Origin: Nautiliaceae bacterium
GTDB lineage: Bacteria; Campylobacterota; Campylobacteria; Campylobacterales; Nautiliaceae
Assembly (NCBI GenBank): GCA_039831155.1
Contig: JBDONT010000009.1
Span: 1-64,000 of the forward strand
Direction: 5' to 3'
Length of the DNA: 64,000 nt
The notes below the pieces were generated by a model, which worked only from the letters and a program-made list of their open reading frames with translations, made no database searches and was not told the origin of the DNA. This document shows positions 58,470 through 64,000 of this stretch, one piece after another. The position numbers and the translations under genes are program-made. Numbering within the stretch: the first letter of the stretch is position 1; every line of letters begins with the position of its first letter.

Positions 58470-59806
58470 TGAGTTTTATAATATTAGTAGCGGCGGGATT
58501 ACTCGTACCGGTATTTTATAAAAGCAATATCTTTATTGCTAAGCTAATAGCTATAGTGGCGTTTATTGCCAGTGCTATAGCGATTTATAACGGTGCTAGT
58601 TTAAATAGTGTGTTTCCTTTTTTTGTATCGGATGATTCGACTAAGTTAATGGAGTATGTATTGCTTGCGACTCTGGCGGCGGTTACTCTTTCTTTAACGG
58701 GATTCGAAAGACCTTTAATCGCTCAAATGCTTTTTGTGGCAAGTGCAAGTATTGCGATTTTAGAGACAAACAACTTTTTCTTATTTATTGTTTTGTTTGA
58801 GGTAATTGCTATTATTTCTTATGTTTTAGTTGCAAATATCAGAAACTTTTATAATGCCGAAGGTGCTATAAAAGCGTTTATAGCAGGTGCGGTTGCGAGT
58901 GGTATTATTTTGCTTGGTTTTGCTCTTTTTAGTTTTGTAACGGATAGTTTTAATTACGAAACTATGAATGTAGAGGGAAAATTTACTTTAATTGCGGTTG
59001 CCATTATGCTTGCCGGTATTTTTTATAAACTTACAGTTGTTCCTATGCACGGATGGGCGGCTGATGCTTACGCTCAAGTAAACCACGCGGCGGCCGCTAT
59101 TTTAAGCGGGGTTATTAAGAGTGTAATGTTAGTGGCTGTATTTAAAGCGTTTTATAAGTTTTTAATCGCTTATCCTTTATCAACCGTTTTAATTTTCAGT
59201 TTCTTTGCAATTCTTACAATGACGCTTGCAAACTTTATGGCGTTGTGGCAAAAAAGAATTTCAAAAATTCTTGCTTATTCTTCAATCGCTCACAGTGGAT
59301 ATGCGTTAATCCCTTTTGCGGCAGCAGCTAGTATGTACGCTTATACAGGGGTTCTTTATTATGCGATTGCATATATCTTTATGCAAACGAGTGTATTTTT
59401 ACTTCTTAACGATTTAAGAAGAGAAGCGGGTGTTAAATATCTTGAAGATATTAAAGGACTTGGTGAGAGAGCACCGGTTCACGCACTGTTTTTTACTTTA
59501 CAACTCTTCTCACTTGCCGGTATTCCTTTACTTGCAGGATTTTTATCTAAAGCAGTAGCGTTTTATGCGGGTGTTGATGCCGGACTTTGGTGGGTTGTAT
59601 TGATTGCTCTTTTAAATTCGGCTTTGGCAGTTGCTTATTATGCTTGGATAATAAAACATATTTACTTTGATAAAGCTATTGTAAAAGATAAAATCAATAT
59701 TTCAAGTGGAAGCTTAATAGGTCAGTTGATCTTATTAGCGGGTACTATCTATTTCGGTATCGTAGCCGCCGATGTTTTTGCTACGACGGTTCCACTTTCA
59801 ATGTAG
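58469..59806 (+). CDS. nuoN: Complex I-like antiporter subunit N
   Basis: AEGAIK, KLTVVPMHGWAAD, LAYSSIAH, SLAGIPLLAGF.SK. Confidence 0.93.
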   Translation: MSFIILVAAGLLVPVFYKSNIFIAKLIAIVAFIASAIAIYNGASLNSVFPFFVSDDSTKLMEYVLLATLAAVTLSLTGFERPLIAQMLFVASASIAILETNNFFLFIVLFEVIAIISYVLVANIRNFYNAEGAIKAFIAGAVASGIILLGFALFSFVTDSFNYETMNVEGKFTLIAVAIMLAGIFYKLTVVPMHGWAADAYAQVNHAAAAILSGVIKSVMLVAVFKAFYKFLIAYPLSTVLIFSFFAILTMTLANFMALWQKRISKILAYSSIAHSGYALIPFAAAASMYAYTGVLYYAIAYIFMQTSVFLLLNDLRREAGVKYLEDIKGLGERAPVHALFFTLQLFSLAGIPLLAGFLSKAVAFYAGVDAGLWWVVLIALLNSALAVAYYAWIIKHIYFDKAIVKDKINISSGSLIGQLILLAGTIYFGIVAADVFATTVPLSM

Positions 59807-59839
59807 TCTTTTGATATAATTATCAAAAAAAGGCTACAT

Positions 59840-62068
59840 TTGAGAGTTTTTTTCTCTTTTTTATTATTTGTATTTTCTTTCGGATTAGAAATTAATGTGG
59901 ATTATGCAAAAAATTATGAAATACTAACTCTTTATAATACTTTTCCTTTTCATTGTATGCGTTTACAAAAAGAAGTTGTTTGTGAATTTGATAAAACTCC
60001 TTCGACACCGGTTTTTAAGGCGAATACTATTTATTTTAATATTATTCCCGTTTTTAAAAAGGGCTTTTTTTTGGATATAAAAGTTAAAAAATCTTTTATT
60101 TTAAAACCCTTAGGAGACAATTTGTATAACGCTCCTTTAATTGGAAAACATATTGTAAAATCTAAAAAATGGGTTATTTTGGTTGGAGTTAGTTTAGAAG
60201 AAGACAATAAAGGGCTTAATTTTTATTACCGTAATTCTCCGAAACTTTATGTCGGAACAATTGATGAAAACGGAAATCCTATAAACATCAATAAAGAATC
60301 GGCTGATGTGGTAAGGTATTTTGAGCTTCAAAAAGCTTTTTTACAGGGTAAAGATATTTCGGATGATTTGGATTCTTTTTTAAAAGAGTATCCTCATTCC
60401 GTTTTTGTGCCGGATGTTTTGTTTATGAAACTTGAGCTGCTGGATAAAAAAAATATGCCAGATGATGTAATTCAACTTGGAAAAGAGTGGATTAAAAAAT
60501 ACTCTTTTAATGAAAATCTGCCTAAAGTACTTCTTTTAATTGCAAAAAATTATACAAAACTGGGCTTTTTAACGGATGCCAGTTATTTTTATCAAAGGAT
60601 AATTACCGAATATCCAAAAAGTGATGAGGCTTACTTAGCTATGATTTACTGGGCGGACCAGCTTTATATGACAGGGGAGAGTAAAAAAGCTTTGGATTTA
60701 TATAAAAGAGCTTTGTATTCTACTAAAAATATAGAGGTTGCATCACTAGCAGCTATGAGACTTGCCCAAAGATATATGGATAAAGGCGATATAAAAACTG
60801 CGATTGAATACTACAAAAAAGTGTATGAAGCTAATAAAGAGTTTGTTTTAAGGGATAAATTAAAAGCTTTTGATTTGGCTAAAAACCTAGCTTCTCATAA
60901 AATGTACTCTTTTGCTATTGATATAGGTTCTGATTTGTTAAAAAGACTTAAAAAACTTGATGATTTGTATGAGCCGTTGGAGTATTATTTGGCTCTTTGG
61001 GCTTATGAAGATAAAAATTATAAATTATCCGCTTATTATATAAATGAATATTTGAAAAATTTTCCTTATGGAGATTATAGCGATAAAATAGACGATTTAA
61101 GAGATAAGGTGCTTTTTGAAGTGCCGGACGATAATGTAACGGCTCAATTGCAAAAGATAGATGAAGTAATTGAAAAATATAAAGGTCTTCCTATAGCCAA
61201 AAAGGCACTTTATAAAAAAGTTATGCTTTTGTATAAGCTTAAGAAATATAAAGAAATTTTAGATTTAAAAGATGAAATTTTAAAGTTTGACGAATTTAAA
61301 GACGGTAAGTTTTTGGAAAAAGTGGCAAAAGAGTACGCAAAAGAGCTTTTAAAAGAGAAAAAATGTTTTAAGATTGTAAAACTTTTAAAAGAGTATAAAA
61401 TAAAACTTGAAAAAAAATATGACGATGAAATATATAAGTGTGCTATGAAAACAAAAAATTACTCTTTAGCTTCAATTGTCTGTAATAAATATTTAACTTC
61501 ACCCGATGATAAAGTGTTTGTTAAGTGGATGAAAAGAAAAATAGACGCTTTATGGGGAATGGGGGATTATGAAGATGTTATCACGGGGGTTGATGATTTA
61601 TGTGAAGCGGCTAAGGAGTGTTTGGAGTATAAATTTAAAAAGTTTTTTGCTCTTTGGAAATTAAAAAGATTTAAAGAAGCTTTAAAGGTTGCTTATGAGC
61701 TTAATAAATATGACGATATAAGAGTAAGTGACGTATTTATTAAAGTGGTAAATTACGCTTTATCTCATAATAATCCTCTATTAGCCGTTCAATATGCAAA
61801 AAAAATTATAGATTTACAAAACAGATACCATACTTATGTTTATTCCCCTTTTGTTGAGTTCACTTACGCTCAATATACTAAAAACAAAAAAGAAGCTATT
61901 AAAGTTTTAAAATCTCTGCTTAAAAGAGTAAAAGGGGAAGATAAGGCGAGGGCTTATTATATGCTTGCTAGTTTGAGTGAAAATAAAGAGTATCTTAAAA
62001 AATGTATAAAGGTAAAAGGTTCTAAGTTATGGAGAGGTCTTTGTAAAGATGCTTTAAATCTTTTTTAG
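59840..62068 (+). CDS. pflA: Paralysed flagellum protein PflA-like TPR protein
   Basis: Signal peptide, N-terminal beta region then TPR repeats; position directly after nuoN as in Campylobacter/Helicobacter. Confidence 0.75.
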   Translation: MRVFFSFLLFVFSFGLEINVDYAKNYEILTLYNTFPFHCMRLQKEVVCEFDKTPSTPVFKANTIYFNIIPVFKKGFFLDIKVKKSFILKPLGDNLYNAPLIGKHIVKSKKWVILVGVSLEEDNKGLNFYYRNSPKLYVGTIDENGNPININKESADVVRYFELQKAFLQGKDISDDLDSFLKEYPHSVFVPDVLFMKLELLDKKNMPDDVIQLGKEWIKKYSFNENLPKVLLLIAKNYTKLGFLTDASYFYQRIITEYPKSDEAYLAMIYWADQLYMTGESKKALDLYKRALYSTKNIEVASLAAMRLAQRYMDKGDIKTAIEYYKKVYEANKEFVLRDKLKAFDLAKNLASHKMYSFAIDIGSDLLKRLKKLDDLYEPLEYYLALWAYEDKNYKLSAYYINEYLKNFPYGDYSDKIDDLRDKVLFEVPDDNVTAQLQKIDEVIEKYKGLPIAKKALYKKVMLLYKLKKYKEILDLKDEILKFDEFKDGKFLEKVAKEYAKELLKEKKCFKIVKLLKEYKIKLEKKYDDEIYKCAMKTKNYSLASIVCNKYLTSPDDKVFVKWMKRKIDALWGMGDYEDVITGVDDLCEAAKECLEYKFKKFFALWKLKRFKEALKVAYELNKYDDIRVSDVFIKVVNYALSHNNPLLAVQYAKKIIDLQNRYHTYVYSPFVEFTYAQYTKNKKEAIKVLKSLLKRVKGEDKARAYYMLASLSENKEYLKKCIKVKGSKLWRGLCKDALNLF

Positions 62069-62905
62069 GATAATCTCCTCAAGATTTTCAAGAGGGGCTG
62101 AAATTTTTTGGGGGAATTGGGTTTTGTTGAAAATTTGTTGTCTTTTTGCCAGTCTGCTTGTATTTGTGATAATTTTTTCTTTTAGTTCTTTTAAAGAGTG
62201 TTTTCCGTTAAAGTATTCGAGCACTTCTTTAACTCCTATGGCTTTTAGTGCCGGAAGTCTTCTGTCTTTATAGGTTTTTTCTAAAAAAGAGACCTCTTCT
62301 ATTAAACCTTTTTGAAACATCTTTCGGGTTCTTTTTTCTATTCTTTTTCTTAGAACGTCTCTTTTTACGTCTATTTCAAAAATCGGAATATTTTTGATTA
62401 TGGGTGTTGGAGGTTTTTTTTGAAAATATAATGTAGGAGGCATATTTGTAGCTAAGTATATTTCTAAGCCTTTTTGAATTCTATAAGTATCTTTAGAAGA
62501 TATTTTAGAAGCAAAAAGAGGGTCTATTTTTTGTAAAAATTCATAATTTAATTTCTTTGCTTGTTGTTTTATCTCTTCGCTTATTTTAGGCATAGGAGAA
62601 ATGCCCTCTATCATCGCTTTTAGGTAAAAGCTACTACCTCCTACTATAATGATGTTTTTATGAGGGATTTTTTTGTATATTTCTATAAATTTTGAAACGT
62701 CAAATTTCTCATTAGGATAAATTTCATCTATTCCGTAATGTTTAACTAGTGCTAATTCTTCTTTTGAAGGTTTGGCGGAAGCGATGTCTATTTGTTTATA
62801 AATACTTAAAGAATCAAGAGATAAAATTTCATAATTTAGTTTTAGTGCCAGTTTTATGGCTAAATCGCTTTTTCCGCTTGCAGTAGGACCTATTATAGCA
62901 AACAT
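62054..62905 (-). CDS. miaA: tRNA dimethylallyltransferase MiaA
   Basis: GPTASGKS, SLDSLSIY, SAKP, VGGSSFY, AIGVKE, LAKRQ. Confidence 0.97.
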   Translation of the reverse strand: MFAIIGPTASGKSDLAIKLALKLNYEILSLDSLSIYKQIDIASAKPSKEELALVKHYGIDEIYPNEKFDVSKFIEIYKKIPHKNIIIVGGSSFYLKAMIEGISPMPKISEEIKQQAKKLNYEFLQKIDPLFASKISSKDTYRIQKGLEIYLATNMPPTLYFQKKPPTPIIKNIPIFEIDVKRDVLRKRIEKRTRKMFQKGLIEEVSFLEKTYKDRRLPALKAIGVKEVLEYFNGKHSLKELKEKIITNTSRLAKRQQIFNKTQFPQKISAPLENLEEIILKKI

Positions 62906-62951
62906 TGTTACCTTTTTTGTTACAATTATACAATAAATCCAAAGGAAAAAG

Positions 62952-63788
62952 ATGTTAAAAAAATATATGGAACTTGTAAAATTTTCTCATACGATTTTTA
63001 GTATACCTTTTATTTTAATTTCTATGATTGTTGCAGCTAACGGTTGGTTTGGATTTAGGCTGTTGTTTTTGGGTATTTTGGCGGCTGTTAGTGCCAGAAA
63101 TTTTGCCATGGCGGTAAATAGGCTTGTAGATAAAGATATAGACGCTAAAAATCCTCGAACTCAAAATAGAATTTCGGTAACGGGAGAGATTAGTGAATCT
63201 CAAATAAAGCTTTTTATTATTGCAAACGCTTTGATTTTCATAGAAATCGCTTATTTGATTAATCCTTTGGCTTTTAAACTCTCTATTCCTATTTTGGCAG
63301 TGCTTGGAGGGTATAGTTATTTTAAACGTTTTAGCGAGTACGCTCATTTGGTTTTGGGCGTTGCTTTAGGACTTGCTCCTATTGCGGGTGTTATAGCGAT
63401 AAAAGAGTCTATTCCTTGTTGGTCCGTGTTTTTAGCGTTGGGGGTTATGTTTTGGGTTGGAGGATTCGATATTTTATATTCTCTTCAGGATATGGAGTTT
63501 GATAAAAAAGAGGGGCTTTATTCGATTCCGTCGGTTGTCGGAGAGAGGGGAGCTATTTTTATTTCGGGGATGTTTCATCTTTTTAGTGTTGTATTTTGGG
63601 CTTTGTTTGCAGCTTACGCAAAGCTTGGATTTTTCGGATGGCTTGCTGTATTTGTAGCCGCTTTAATGCTTTATTACGAACACAGATTGGTAAAAAAAGA
63701 TTTTAAAAATATTCCAAAAGCATTTTTTGACGTAAACGGGTTTTTGGGAATTATATTTTTAATTTTAATTATTCTAGATAAGGTTTGA
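62952..63788 (+). CDS. mqnP: UbiA-family prenyltransferase of futalosine menaquinone pathway (MqnP)
   Basis: KFSHTIFS.PF, AMAVNRLVD..IDAKNPRT, YSYFKRF, FDILYSLQD. Confidence 0.88.
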   Translation: MLKKYMELVKFSHTIFSIPFILISMIVAANGWFGFRLLFLGILAAVSARNFAMAVNRLVDKDIDAKNPRTQNRISVTGEISESQIKLFIIANALIFIEIAYLINPLAFKLSIPILAVLGGYSYFKRFSEYAHLVLGVALGLAPIAGVIAIKESIPCWSVFLALGVMFWVGGFDILYSLQDMEFDKKEGLYSIPSVVGERGAIFISGMFHLFSVVFWALFAAYAKLGFFGWLAVFVAALMLYYEHRLVKKDFKNIPKAFFDVNGFLGIIFLILIILDKV

Positions 63789-63789
63789 T

Positions 63790-64000
63790 ATGCCAAGACT
63801 TATACCGGCTTATATAGATTTTGAGTTTAGTGTTTATAACGATGAGTTAAAAGAGGAGTTTGATAAATTAGGAAGTGAAACCGACGACCCTATAGGTCAA
63901 TATATAAAACTTGCAAAAGCAAGAGGAGAAACAAAAGATACCGACCCGGTTTTACTGGAACTTTTAATAGCACTTCACAGAAAAGTGGACGAACTTAGTG
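63790..64000 (+). CDS. Hypothetical protein, runs off window end
   Basis: Open frame MPRLIPAYIDFEF..DDPIGQYIKLAKARGETKDTDPVLLELL..LHRKVDEL starting 1 bp after mqnP stop. Confidence 0.75.
   Translation, partial: MPRLIPAYIDFEFSVYNDELKEEFDKLGSETDDPIGQYIKLAKARGETKDTDPVLLELLIALHRKVDELS

Noticed and set aside
36-64000. Additional CRISPR repeats, tRNA or rRNA genes
   Set aside because: None seen by eye; intergenic spaces are short and AT-rich

Overview
AT-rich bacterial chromosome segment, most consistent with a vent-type Campylobacterota (Nautiliaceae-like; inferred from gene content and synteny). The first ~5.7 kb is the edge of a type III-associated CRISPR-Cas locus: one terminal repeat plus leader, cas1, an antisense DnaG-type (Zn-finger + TOPRIM) primase gene wedged between cas1 and two tandem cas2 genes, an unknown gene, csx20, a Csx1-like CARF-HEPN effector and a decayed HEPN-MNT pair cut by an IS608-like left end. 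The primase and cas2 genes share a perfect 26-bp palindromic bidirectional promoter. The rest holds sbcDC, a Liv ABC transporter, an interrupted NADAR gene, polA, Moco genes, fliK-flgD-flgE, a FIST/c-di-GMP/partner-switching signalling cluster, typA, an RND efflux system, peptidoglycan shape enzymes, a complex I-like operon lacking NuoEFG whose large subunit has CxxD/CxxD (MBS/Fpo-like) motifs, pflA, miaA and mqnP. Best novelty candidates: the CRISPR-adaptation-embedded TOPRIM primase and the MBS/Fpo-like respiratory complex. All calls come from motif recognition by eye; no searches were run.
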